A stretch of DNA of 64,000 bases from Phoronis australis (taxonomy: Eukaryota; Animalia; Phoronida), in contig NMRA01000492.1 in NCBI GenBank assembly GCA_002633005.1, positions 261,890 to 325,889 on the forward strand, read 5' to 3'. Positions 27,501 through 40,483 of the stretch are shown piece after piece. Position 1 is the first letter of the stretch. Every line of letters starts with the position of its first letter. Below the pieces are notes generated by a model. The model worked only from the letters and a program-made list of their open reading frames with translations. It was not told where the DNA came from and made no database searches. The position numbers and the translations under genes are program-made.

Positions 27501-29814
27501 GGTTACGTACGTGTGTTACTTTTGATCACTAGAATTAAAAGTACTTCGTAATCAATAAATAACCACAACAGGTGATTGTTTGCTTATTGTTCTAGATAGT
27601 ATCCACTGAGCACAGTTTTTCCAAGCTGTCTAGAATTTGTATCCGACGTTTCTTTATCCCACTAGGCCTATATCAGGTCATTACATTTGGCAGGAAACTA
27701 ATATGCTGGAAAATACTTTCTTTTTAACTCACTTGATTTTCATACGGTAGCAGGATGATGAAACGAACTAACTACACCACAATTTCTCTTTTTTTTTCTT
27801 GTTTTCTTGATTTTGTGTGACTTGTTAGTGACATGTTTGATCCTCTTGCCGCTTGACTCAACGAATGAGATCAATAGCAAAATGTCATCGTTCCAGCAAC
27901 TATAACGTTCTCGTCCGTTGGCTGCGGTGTGCTGGGTAAAGGCTTCGTGAACGCCTCCTGGTGTTGGATCAAGTCATCAATAGGACACCAAGAATCAGTG
28001 ACCTGGGCTTTCATGACCGGTCCGACATGGGAATTGTTGGCTGTGCTGCTATCATTGGTGTTTTACGCTGCCACAAAGTGGCACATCAGGAAGGAGGTTT
28101 GTGTAACAAATCACAGGCAATTCAAAAATAACGAACACGTTCTAGCATGCTTCGGGTGATCCAGCACTTCCTGATCCACGTAATAATTTCTTTGAAATTA
28201 AAGGTGCACCAGATAGCGCTTTCTGTCACAAGTAAATATTTTTTACTTAGGGCATTTACGTTACAAATTCAATTCGGATTAGAATTGTTCTCTTGGGTTG
28301 AAAAATGACAGTTCGTCAATGTTGGCGATCACAAGTTGCTAGTTGCGGCACCGGGTTACAGTACTAAAACCTCCCGCTTGGTTTCAACTGCGCACGACAG
28401 CAGTCACTCAGAACAAGAAATGCAATTTCAGAAGCCAAAGAGTTTACTCCACGATATCTCTTTCAATTTTAGCCAATGTCTTATTTCTGTGAACGCATAA
28501 GTATTGCGGTTTGACGACATACTGTCTTATTCATGTCTACGCTGACAAAGTACAAGGTGCTCTGAAACCGCTGCCGAGTTTCTAACAGTTTCACCCACCG
28601 AAGCAGTCACTCGGTATATCGTAGTCATTGGTATTCCAGGCGTTTTATTGCAACCAAGATAAATTCTTACAAAAACACGAATTCATGCGATGACGTTGCT
28701 TTAGAAGAGCAAATACCCCCGTAAAGTTTTGTTTTGGCCACCAAAAAGTTGGGTTATATATGGAGAATTTGAGTTTGTAACATAGACATGTGGCTAGGGA
28801 AAACAGATACAGTATGCTGTTGGCACAGGTCATTCGACGTGAGCTTTTCAATTGAAATTCCTTGTTGTTTTTGTACACAAATGTTGACCAACATCGATTT
28901 ATTCTTGATCAACTTTACTTGGATGTCCTGGTATTTGAACGCGGAATTTACACTGAACAAAATCTGTCTTTGTAGATCAAACGAGAAGGCTACATATCAC
29001 GCGAGACTATGAGCGTCATATCGCAAGCCAATCGAAAGTTGACATTTGTTCCAATCATTTTCATCCTCTTACGCGTATGGGGCCTCGTCAGATTTCTCGT
29101 TAATTTCAACGGAGTCAACGACAATGTGGTGCTAAAGCTTCTGCAGGTAGGACGACCGATTAGTCCGCCCACCAATGAGGCTGTGGATGACTCGAGACAC
29201 TCGCTTACATTGCAGGAGTACCAGGTCCTATTTAGCCATCAACAATCAGTAAAATGGCACTCGATTTTGCATTTTTAATTTTGTTACATTTACAAGACGG
29301 TTCTTGACGTACAAGATTCAACGTAGTGATTTGTCATAAAAAGGTATTACGACTTTTTTGCGTGTGATTGAAAGTTTAGCCAGCTACATGATTTCCTAGA
29401 TTTGTGTCTATGCGTAATCATTGTTTTTATGGTCCGAGGTTTTACATCTTTACATTCGGACCACAAACCGGTTTTGTAGTCCGAAATCTTCGTCACAGAC
29501 TGCTTGCATTCAACAACCGTCACTTATTTTCTTTCCAGGGTGTTGGGGATAGCGGACAAGGATTGGCCAACATGATTCTTTTCTGCTTCTTTACGTCTAA
29601 GATTAGACAACATATGTACGAAACTGTTAGATACCTTGTGTACAAATGTATTCACTGTTGTTCAGGCAGCTCGCCAGGAATACACGGGGTGGCAACTGGC
29701 ACGTACTTGAGAGGCAAAATTTCGTCAAGAGACGGAGATGTCAATGTTGTGGTGTACAGCGGACACAACGAATCATCACGGCTGTTGAACACTACAGCCA
29801 AAAGGAAGGCGTGA
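24520..29814 (+). CDS. GPR157: G-protein coupled receptor 157-like (slime-mould cAMP receptor-like family), 4 exons, 360 aa
   Basis: Exons 24520-24955, 27897-28096, 28976-29146, 29539-29814, all GT-AG and phase-consistent. Seven hydrophobic segments and family motifs LS..GS.LII.TY..DLRT.SRKLLVYLSVADLL, SF.WT..IA.FLY, WCWI, W(E), KLTFVPIIFILLRVWG, GDSGQG.AN..LFC..T.KIR. Confidence 0.88.
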
Positions 29815-32438
29815 TATTCATGACAAATTTTTCTCCAAACCTTTGAGGGTTGTCGAGCGTTATTTTGTTTCACAGATCTGGATGGAAACTGGATTTAAGT
29901 ATCTGATAATAGGTCAAAACTGGGTTTAGTATACTTTTAAGGAGGTTATAAACCCGGTCTCCATCACAGAAACTAATTATTTAACTTAAATCAATTACCA
30001 ATGTAAAACTGGCCTGAAGCTGTTACGTTAAACTCTGTTAATTAGGGAAGCGGAATCAGATTTTGAAATTTTTATTATTTTCCTCCCCTACTCTTCATTT
30101 GGTGTTTACAGTAGCGTGTCGTCCCTCTTTCACGACATCTGAACGTTTTCGGGTAAATCACAATCAATGTCCATATTCGGTGCCAACTTTTGGTGAAAAA
30201 TGAAGGTTGTCATATAACTGTAAAAGATGAATTATTTTAAAGTACCATCATTCCAGGCTTGTAATCTAAAATATTTCTGAACAAGAACCACCGAATAAAA
30301 TTAATGGCCTGATGCATTACAGTTTGTTGTATAAAAGGGTTCGTTCGCTACGTTCACTATAACTTGTTGCCACAACCCCCTTCGGTCAAGCTTAGCAATT
30401 CATAATTAATTTTTCAATTTCTTGATTAAATTGAAGAAGTATGACTTACTAAACTACGAAAAATCATTATCAAGTTGCTCTAGATGATGATACATTACAT
30501 AATGAGAACTTTTTCTCTCGCAATATGATTCTTACAAGAGGATAACGACAAGTAACTACATTCTCAAAAACTTAATTGGTGCTAATTGCCTAGGTATCAA
30601 TACATTCACCAATTTTTGAAACGGTTAAAACAATGCAAGGTTCAGTGTCCAACTTGTAAACAGTAAACTAACGGTCGGGGTACGTGCATTACGTAATTCC
30701 GTACACGCAATGAACATCAAATTTTGACTAAGTTACACATGTCTCGAATGGTCTAGATTTATGAGCTGTCACTACTTGTCGGTTTGCTATAAGTTGTCTT
30801 GAGAGATAGCGCACCTGCCTTTGCAACACCAGTCCTGTGCGACATTTTTAGCCCACAAATTTGATAACATACACTGTTTTTTGTCAGACTGCATTTAGGA
30901 TATACCAGTATTTTTCATGAGAACAGCAGTAGGCAGAAGTACATGTAGGCAATATTTTATTACACAGAGGTTGAGGCTGGGGTATCTACACTACTTCTCA
31001 ATGACATGTCAGGTTTATAACTAAATTCTTAGAATTCACTAAAAGCTACACTGTAGTTCATTTACCAAATGTATTCAGAGGTAACAAATAAAAAGTACAG
31101 CATTCATGTGTGTGTCTGTCATTGTTTGAAAATAGGCACTTATTAGAATATAAGGGTACGTTCACTACACAAATGATAAGATTTCACTCGAAACAAAAGT
31201 CTTTGCAATAAACACCGTTTTAACCTAACATTTTAAGGGAGGCAATTGTCTGTGACCAATGTTGCTTACTTGCCAAGTAAAATTTTAGTGTCGTGGCATT
31301 TGTTAACATAGGGGTACGTACACTGCAAAAGGGGGTACGTACTTTACATCACTGTTTCTGCATCATATGGTAACATAATGTTGTGTGGCCAATTATTTTT
31401 CTTTGATGATAACAAACACCATGATGTTGTTATTTAAAAGGCAATAATTTCATTTGGAATCACAATTTGTGAATTCTGAATTTCACTTGGGAGTACGTAC
31501 CCCACATTTTGCGCTTTTTCAACATAGCATAGCCCAGTTAATATAGAAAGTTTTGGTTTGTTTAGATATTGAATAATTTGCTGTGCTAGGCTAACATATT
31601 CGACAGTTCTTTTATTATAGAGTAACATAGTCAACTCTTGAACATGGACCTTGATTGTGATTTACCCTTTATGCTAACGTTTACTTTTCTCGCCGGCACG
31701 ACGACCTTTACCGACCTTGTCACGAGGTTCATTACACAGAATCTACGTCTTTCTTCGTGTTTAAGATTTATTCAATTAGTTACTCATGCAACAGAATTCA
31801 TTCAGGCGCTTTTCGAGGCTAAAATCTGCCTAGTTTTGCGCCGGGAGGTAACTTGGGCTGATTACAACGCCCAGCAGCTGAGCAGCAAATTATTATCATC
31901 AAAAGTACCGTACATACAGACGTTCCAACAAAGTTCGTGACACTTTTATGTGCCCATAGAACACCTCCCAACAATTTGTTCCATTCACTTTTTTGATATT
32001 TGCAATCCTTTGCTGTGTTTTTCACTTTTCAAAAAACGACTTTTTGTACCGTTCATTGGACTCGACGGCCGTTGGAACGAACGCTATGTCAATTCCTCCT
32101 TCACAGATAACCTGGTTAATCATAGGTTTTTAATATCAGTTGTCATCTACAAAAATAAAGTAATCTACTTCACTTAAAATCTACACTCCGACAATCATTG
32201 TAGCAGTATTCTGCGGTTCTGGAACAACCTCCAGCAACTGATGAGGTGCAAAAGCAGTCAAGTTTTCCCTGCCGTGCTTAATGTTCCCATTCCTAATCCC
32301 AATATGCCGCCAGCGAAGGGTTGGGGTTATTAGTAGTATGACGAACAAGTAACCTGAATGTGCAAATTAGTGCCAGTTGTACTAAATCAGGAGAAAAAAC
32401 GCTGAAAGTAATTGGAATTGAAACAACAAAAACACCAG

Positions 32439-33415
32439 CAGTCGATTTCATAAAATTAACTGGTTTCATAAAACCTTGTCTAATTTTAGACCTATCTTAC
32501 ATTTCACCAACGTTGCTAAAAAGGCTAAAAGTCTGGTTTTGTTAGAACAGGGAGCGGGTTTAGTAAAACCTGGTTAAAAATATCCAAGGCACCCTACTGT
32601 GTCGATCTGCATTAACTCAACGAAGAAATTATTGAAGTGCTTCTATGGAACCTTGATCATGTAGGTATACAATGGCACACAGTAGTAGAATCAGTGCAGA
32701 CATTTGCTATATAGTGAGTCTTTTACCAATAAAACGAATCGAAATGGTCTGAAAACGTTTCTACTGAGGCGAAAAGGTTTCCTCACAGAACTGAATAGAG
32801 AAAACATCAGTGCTATAGAAAACGGGAAAGCTGACACTAAATCAAGTCAACGTAAACAGCAGGCTTGGATAGACATTGGTCCAGACCGGTTGCGCAGTTC
32901 CTGCAATCGAAAAAATCAGCGACATGCATTTTAAAGGAATTTGGAAAACACTCAAAATGATGGCCAAAAAAGGATTTTTATCAGTGAAAAAATTACAAAG
33001 AAAGCGGCGGTGAAGGGACCAGTGAAGGATCTAGGATATCGTGACGGGAAAAATTGCGATACCCCTAGTTGCTCCAAGCACACGCACACCCACACACAGT
33101 CCACGGTTAGCCGCAATATAATGAATGCCAAAATATATTTCCGTGTCATTTTTGCAACCTATTTTCGTCGGCGGCCAAGGGGTTCCCCTGTCTCACCTCA
33201 CCCCCTTAAATCCGACTCTGACCAAAAGAGGTGGAGCTCGGTCAGAAGAACCAGACTCTGTTAGACTTGATCAGAGATGATGCCGTCTTCAGCTCCACAC
33301 GTAACGCTTACGACATATCGCAAGCTATGCTGGGGAGTCCAAAGGACACCTTGCAACAGGTACCAGTCTTCGTTTGAAGGAGGTCAGTGTGGTAGTAAAA
33401 CTGAAAACAGTCCAT
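32439..33415 (+). mobile_element. Second, degenerate copy of the Harbinger-like family, with Myb/SANT-like ORF remnant
   Basis: Homologous to 1853-2190 and 3148-3280. Frameshifted peptide ..FLTELNRENISAIENGKADTKSSQRKQQAWIDI..FKGIWKTLKMMAKK (32735-32975) fits a Myb/SANT-like DNA-binding domain. Right boundary approximate. Confidence 0.65.
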
Positions 33416-34489
33416 TTGTGAGTGGGAATGTCTGACGGGCAAAATCTCAGCTAATACTCTGCCCGCCCCTTAAATCAAAATCATGGATACGCTCCTGAAT
33501 CTTGCAAAGTTTTGACTTTTTAGCAAACTCCTAGCGCTGAAGTCAAACGAGGGCAGAGTTCAGTAACTCTAGGACCTCGTTAGAAAGGCGCCTAGTGAGA
33601 TGATGGCTCCCCTCATATTATACAGGGTGCCGTAAGAATTTAAAAAATTGATCACATTATGTCCGTCTCCCACTCCTGCTGTTAAATTCTCCACCTGAGC
33701 ATGGGCGGCGCAGCACTGAAATAAGTGGGGGGCTGTAGCCCCTCCAACCCACCGCGGCGCGCCGCCCATGGCGTGCCAGTGTGGGAGCCCGTTCCAAGAA
33801 AACTGACATAGCTAAGAAAAATCTTAAATTTCAGTCAATTTTAAGATAAAACTTAAATTTGTGTCAAGGCCGTTTCAAGAAAGGCACCTTAACCACGACT
33901 TATGTTTTTTACTTCAGTTTTGTCTTAACTTCCATTATCTTCCCGGATGTGGAATTTTCAAAGTTTGAAATTTGAGACAAATCTTAGACTTAAATTCCCC
34001 AGCTCCGTGTAAAATGTTTGAAGTATCAGCTGTATTTTCGTTACACTCGGGGTTGTACTCATGTCAGAGTTTGTACAACTTATGTAATAATTTTGAATGT
34101 CGGTGTGCTGATGACGCACATGAACTTGGTTATCAAGGACCTTAATAATTGGCCGCGGTCGCAGTCTAACTGTTCAGTGCCACCTAATAACATTCTACTT
34201 ATTTAGTGATTGGCTAATAAAAACCATATGATCATAACCAATCATATTATTGGCTGTTTTACAATTAGTTCTCCGAATTTTCAAGAATCTCTAGAGTCCT
34301 TTGACCCCAGAACCCAAAGTTGTAAACACGACCATCTAAAATAGATTTTGACGTCAAAGTCAACAAGTCTTACCCCATGATTTAAAAGTACACATGCACA
34401 AATTTTGGGCAACTTAAAATGGATCTATTCTTACTAATTACTTAATCAATATTTATTCTGACAAGGATATTAATTTCTCCGATATCCTC

Positions 34490-35060
34490 GCTCTGCCTAC
34501 TGACAGATGACTGGTCCTTATTATTAGCACAAGACATCACCGAGGACGAGCTTTATGAAGCTTCAAACCCAATCACAAAACAATAAAACACCAGGCAATG
34601 ACGGTTCAGGATACGAATTTTAAAGAACATTTTGAGATTCTATTAAACAGAGACTTTTGAAATGTATTAATTATAGTTTTAAAAAAAGAAAATTTTTAAC
34701 CAAGGAAAAGGGTTATTTCAGATCCCCAAATGAGTACAAATTCAGGAAAAATTGACGAGCAATTTCGTTATTGAATTGTGACTACAAATAAATTCCAAAC
34801 TTTATTTCCACCGAACTAAATAAGTACAATCATAAATTTATTCATCCAGACCAAACGTCTGTTTCAAAACGATCTATTCAATAGATGTCGTGAACACATC
34901 CACTAAAACAAGAAACTGTAGGAACACCGCATGTTCACAGCATGTTGGTCAAACTGGATTGCATTAATACAGGACATCATATCGTACTATAGAAACAGCA
35001 ATCTTAATGGATAAATTATAATATTAGACTTTAAGACAGCGTACGACAGTTTCAATTTGT
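34490..35060 (+). mobile_element. Degenerate L1/Tx1-type reverse transcriptase fragment
   Basis: Stop- and frameshift-ridden motifs DITEDELYEA, NNKTPGNDG, RAISLLNCDYK, IHPDQT, LDFKTAYDS in the expected order. Confidence 0.75.
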
Positions 35061-35512
35061 CCTTTTTTCTGGTTCAGTTATTTCAGCACGCTGGCCTCAA
35101 GGTGGGAGAACTTTTCGCAGGCATATGATTTTTTTACAGCAGGTTTCAGCTTCAAATTGATAACTTTCACTCAAAGGCATCCTTACAAACCGGAATAGTG
35201 GACGGAACTAACTTGGATACAGATCTGACAATAAAAACAGTATACCCTAGACCACCCAGGCAGTTTTTTACTTACAAATGTCAGCACAGCATGAACACGA
35301 TGAGTCAAGGTGACATTGCACTTTTAACTCCACTGTTTTCAATTTCACAGTACATCCATGATTTTTAATATTTCTCTGAAATACTTCATACACTTGTTGA
35401 TGACAGCGTGAAGCTACATTGTGAAAAAATGAAGAATGGTTGGTCAATTGTTGATTATTTGTCAAAATGTGGCTAACTTTTTTGCTTTTTTGTGACACCT
35501 GATATACAACGT

Positions 35513-35513
35513 G

Positions 35514-35549
<36 letters not shown>

Positions 35550-35551
35550 TG
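35513..35551. repeat. (GTGC)n microsatellite
   Basis: Perfect tetranucleotide run ~275 bp downstream of the stop codon of the TPR gene. Confidence 0.95.
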
Positions 35552-35825
35552 TACATACATATAGTAAGAGGAGAATTGATGGTCGGAAAATCTATCACAA
35601 CAATATCTGTCAGCAATATTGTACAAAAAGAACAGTTATACAGAACCATAAAGGACAGTAAAGCTATAACAAAGATGTCCCAAATAGCTCTTCTATCGCA
35701 TGCATCATTCAGCACAATGAACTCGCATTTCGTTCAGTTGTATCAACATTTTTTCATAGATCCTACATCAAATCATTATACATAAACCGCTATCACCCTT
35801 CTAAATGTACATCTAAACCATTTCA

Positions 35826-38800
35826 CTAACACCTCTGTGTAATAATCAGTCTGCTTTCATGATCACCGTGTATCCTGGTCTTCATACTCAGTGAGTCTTG
35901 GTAGTATTGTAAGGCCAGGTCGTACTTACTCATCTCCTTATACACATCCCCAATATTATGCAAACTACATGCAATCTTGGGATGATCACCATCACCGTGT
36001 ATCCTGGTCTTCATACTCAGTGAGTCTTGGTAGTATTGTAAGGCCAGGTCGTACTTACTCATCTCCTTACACACATCCCCAATATTATGCAAACTACATG
36101 CAATATTGGGATGATCACCATCACCGTGTATCCTGGTCTTCATACTCAGTGAGTCTTGGTAGTATTGTAAGGCCAGGTCGTACTTACTCATCTCCTTATA
36201 CACATCCCCAATATTATGCAAACTACATGCAATCTTGGGATGATCACCATCACCGTGTATCCTGGTCTTCATACTCAGTGAGTCTTGGTAGTATTGTAAG
36301 GCCAGGTCGTACTTACTCATCTCCTTACACACATCCCCAATATTATGCAAACTACATGCAATATTGGGATGATCACCATCACCGTGTATCCTCCTCTCCA
36401 TACTCAGTGAGTCTTGGTAGTATTGTAAGGCCAGGTCGTACTTACTCATCTCCTTATACACATCCCCAATATTATGCAAACTACATGCAATCTTGGGATG
36501 ATCACCATCACCGTGTATCCTGGTCTTCATACTCAGTGAGTCTTGGTAGTATTGTAAGGCCAGGTCGTACTTACTCATCTCCTTATACACATCCCCAATA
36601 TTATGCAAACTACATGCAATCTTGGGATGATCACCATCACCGTGTATCCTCCTGTACATACTCAGTGAGTCTTGGTAGTATTGTAAGGCCAGGTCGTACT
36701 TACTCATCTCCTTATACAGATCCCCAATATTATGCAAACTACATGCAATCTCGGGATGATCACCATCACCGTGTATCCTCCTGTACATACTCAGTGAGTC
36801 TTGGTAGTATTGTAAGGCCAGGTCGTACTTACTCATCTCCTTATACACATCCCCAATATTATGCAAACTACATGCAATCTTGGGATGATCACCATCACCG
36901 TGTATCCTCCTGTACATACTCAGTGAGTCTTGGTAGTATTGTAAGGCCAGGTCGTACTTACTCATCTCCTTATACACATCCCCAATATTATGCAAACTAC
37001 ATGCAATCTTGGGATGATCACCATCACCGTGTATCCTCCTGTACATACTCAGTGAGTCTTGGTAGTATTGTAAGGCCAGGTCGTACTTACTCATCTCCTT
37101 ATACACATCCCCAATATTATGCAAACTACATGCAATCTTGGGATGATCACCATCACCGTGTATCCTCCTGTACATACTCAGTGAGTCTTGGTAGTATTGT
37201 AAGGCCAGGTCGTACTTACTCATCTCCTTATACACATCCCCAATATTATGCAAACTACATGCAATCTCGGGATGATCACCATCACCGTGTATCCTCCTGT
37301 ACATACTCAGTGAGTCTTGGTAGTATTGTAAGGCCAGGTCGTACTTACTCATCTCCTTACACACATCCCCAATATTATGCAAACTACATGCAATATTGGG
37401 ATGATCACCATCACCGTGTATCCTCCTCTCCATACTCAGTGAGTCTTGGTAGTATTGTAAGGCCAGGTCGTACTTACTCATCTCCTTATACACATGCCCA
37501 ATATTATGCAAACTACATGCAATCTTGGGATGATCACCATCACCATGTATCCTCCTCTCCATACTCAGTGAGTCTTGGTAGTATTGTAAGGCAACATAGT
37601 AGTTACTCATGCTTGCACACACAGTCCCGATAACATCAAGTATATGTGCAATGTAACTAACATCCTCATCATCATATTTTGAATACACCAGTTCGTGCTT
37701 GTTCATTTTGTGCAAGCTTTCAATCACATTAAAAACAGAAGTGATGCTCGTTAGACCATAGACATGATCTGTGGGCATGTGTTTTCGCTGGATAAGTCTG
37801 ATAGCCTGCAAAATGTATTTCAAAACTTCTTCAAACTTGTCTTCTTCTAGGTAGGTGTGACTGACATAAATGAGGCAGTCCAGTACTGTTCTGTTTGTGT
37901 GGTCACAGAAAACATCCTTTCCTTTGTGCTGAACTACTATGTCCTCCCGGGTACTTTTGTGTGGATTTGGTGAAACTGATTTAATGTGATCAAAAAATAA
38001 GTCTCTGGCACGTTCGCTGGAGAAGCTATAAAATTCAATTAAACCTTCTACTAAATGATTTCTTCCAAAAAAAATGTCACCTATTTGTCGCTTTGTAAAG
38101 GCAACTACTAACTGATCACTTCTCAAAAAATCAGCTAACGGTAACAATGAATAATAATAACGAATTATCAAATGTTTGAATTTGTTATATCCAGGTACGA
38201 TATTATTTCCCGGCTCAGATGAAATTGAATTTCCAAACAAAACAAACACTTCGTGCTGTCTTGATTTACTGCAGTACATCACGAGTCTGAGAAGGGCCAC
38301 GATAGAAATGACCACACGTAAATTATGCCCTCCATCGGGTGTCAGTATGGATTTGGATACCATCTCATCTATGGCGTCCCAGATAAAGTCATTATTCAAA
38401 CCGAATAACGGTTTCAGTAAAGCGACGACCAAAGTCGGCAACCGCAACATCTCTTTTTTAACGTCATGTGTTTCTCCACTTTTCCTGTGAAAACTCATTT
38501 GCGGTAAGAACTCTTCCACTACATTACGAATATCTTGAATGTACTTTAGGCATGAGTCTTCTTTAGACTGATTATCAGCTCTAAGTGATCTGAACTTTTC
38601 AAAAAGCCCATCATCCCCGTTGAGTTTGGCTGTAACTGTCAATACTCGATCGAAGTTATAACCCTCCTTAACGGCTGTATGATATTTGCATACTGCAGCC
38701 ATGTTTTCAGGTGTTTTTATCAATTCTATGCCTTGTCTTCCGGGTCTGTCGGGTCTTCCCAGTGGCGTTTTGCAAGCAAACGGTGCAGCACTATCAAATT

Positions 38801-39595
38801 CAACTCCCCTAGCGACGACACTGTCACTGAACCAGTTCCCACCAGGTGTGAAATAATCATTGAGTGAATTTATATTCATGGTCTTCAGATTAGTTTCTCC
38901 AATGTTTAAAACGAATATATGCATAAGTCGAACCATGTTTCTGAAATACTCAAGATCTTGTTCGTCATCTTCTACCAAAATGGCCCACTCCAAATCTGAA
39001 TAAGGTGTTGCATCTCCCCTCGCTAACGATCCCATGACTATGGCAGCGTATTCCTGGGGGGGTGGGCCTAATATCTTCTGGCATTTTGACAGAAGGTTTT
39101 TGTGAAATCCCTTCATATTGGAACACAAACCTTCAAAAGCAAGCCTAGTTTCCCTAACAAACTCCTTTTCCACCATCACTCTTTCTCTATTTTCTGCTTC
39201 CAAGTTCAGTTTTTGGGCAAAGTTGTCTAGTAACTGATTTGCTGTCGGAGTAATATCTTTCCTGATGCGGTCCAATTCTTCTTTCATTTTACACCTGAAT
39301 TTCCTTGGAATATTATTACCTGATATTGAAATCATATTGTAAAATGCTTGTTCGTTTTTTTCCATTGATGCTTCAATTGTATGCTTCAGTTCAGATTCGT
39401 TATATCGCATTAATGCCGCGTTGTACAACGCCGAGGCTGTAACAAAATGCTGTGCATCTTTCTGCAATAAACCTCGCCTCTTGTAAACGTCACCCATTTT
39501 CTGAAGGATTTCACTACCTAATCTCGAACCCCTCTCTTCTTCAGAGCTTTGCCGTAGTTCTGAAGCCAACTGCTGCTCCTCATCATCAAGTTGCT
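35826..39595 (-). CDS. Main (last) exon of an uncharacterised protein: helical/TPR-like N-region + GlnD/GlnE/DUF294-like nucleotidyltransferase + helical substrate-binding domain + 43-aa TPR array
   Basis: Uninterrupted ORF (track 35826-39623, 1265 aa). Pol-beta motif YAAIVMGSLARGDATPYSDLEWAILV (~38975-39050). Helical DVKKEMLRLP...IWDAIDEMVSKSILTPDGGHNL...LLRL segment resembling the NTase substrate-binding domain. Then KLC/NPHP3-type TPRs IACSLHNIGDVYKEMSKYDLALQYYQDSLSM..RIHGDGDHP. A phase-1 acceptor ttttcag|AG CAA CTT at 39595 makes this a spliced exon rather than an ORF starting at 39623. Confidence 0.88.
35860..37592 (-). repeat. Coding tandem array: 13 near-identical 129-bp TPR units plus one partial unit
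   Basis: Direct reading: the units differ at only five small sites. Confidence 0.97.
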
Positions 39596-40149
39596 CTGAA
39601 AAAAGTTGGGACAGCATGAACATCTCTCAATGTTATTTTATTTCAAATTCTTTTTGCTGGTTTGAGTGAGTCTCTAACTTGAATGGGTGGGTTACAAAAT
39701 GAAGAGTCACCGGATAATAATGTAAGTGTAGATTTAATGGGGATCACAAAGCACAAACAAGCAAATGGCTTTCATGAGTTTACGCCCAAATTATCACAAA
39801 TTTTAAATTTGCTCGATCACCTTCTGCTTATGTTTAGTTAATCAAATAATTTGACCAGTTCTAAAAAGAAATAGCTCCAAAGAATGGTGATCATGCAATG
39901 ATAGGTTTGTTGACATTTCTATCCATATCAACAGCATTAATTGTAAACCATGTTTTGTTTTACAGCCAAGAACTTCTTCTGAAAAAAAATTAATACATAT
40001 TACTGGAAATTTTAAACTAGACCATGAGGAAAATGTCACCTTCACTATCACTAAAACTTTTCACAACTTTACTATTTTTCATCTGACTGCATGCAAGTAA
40101 AATTCTTAGAATATCTATCATGAGTTCATGATGGTGTTCTTTCTTTCTT

Positions 40150-40345
40150 TTCTTTACACTTCACACTCGAAGTGAAGTATTCTGAAGTCGTTCTCATTCA
40201 CCCCCTTCCACTCATTAGTAAGACCGACCTCAGAGAAGAGACACTTTTGTGCAATGCTAGAATGTCTGCCAGTAAAGCCAGGATTCGAACTCTGGTCTCC
40301 CAATCGAGAGTCCGAAGCTCAAACCACTGAGCCACGCTGTCTCCT
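40150..40345 (-). mobile_element. tRNA-derived SINE
   Basis: Reverse complement has A box TGGCTCAGTGG and B box GTTCGAATCC followed by a non-tRNA body. No intact cloverleaf. Confidence 0.6.
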
Positions 40346-40483
40346 CTGAGATCAGAAGCAAAACTTAAATAACTTACTTCATCAGTAATTATTATTAAGA
40401 GTGTTTACAAACATGCTTAGGACTGTTCTGCATGCCACTTGTTGGCCACATCAAGTGACCTAATGTACAAAAGTCTGAAACGT

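Noticed and set aside
30330-32200. Scattered ggggtacgt(t/a)cac motifs and short ORFs downstream of GPR157
   Set aside because: Probably decayed DNA-transposon sequence. I could not define termini or a coherent protein.
35860-37592. CRISPR-like appearance of the regular array
   Set aside because: Units are contiguous with no unique spacers, are protein-coding, and there are no cas genes. The context is eukaryotic.
35891-37633. 580-aa antisense ORF rich in Ser/Tyr/His
   Set aside because: Shadow of the 129-bp coding repeat: one stop-free unit makes the whole array open, and the ORF ends as soon as the array does.
39596-39623. ORF-track start (MFMLSQLFS) as the true N-terminus of the TPR protein
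   Set aside because: This stretch is a pyrimidine tract ending in ttttcag, better explained as the acceptor for upstream phase-1 exons. Not fully excluded.
40278-40345. Possible tRNA gene
   Set aside because: A and B boxes are present, but there is no well-paired acceptor/anticodon stem and it continues into a SINE-like body. The same applies to 40484-40556, ~43606-43665 and 57605-57685.
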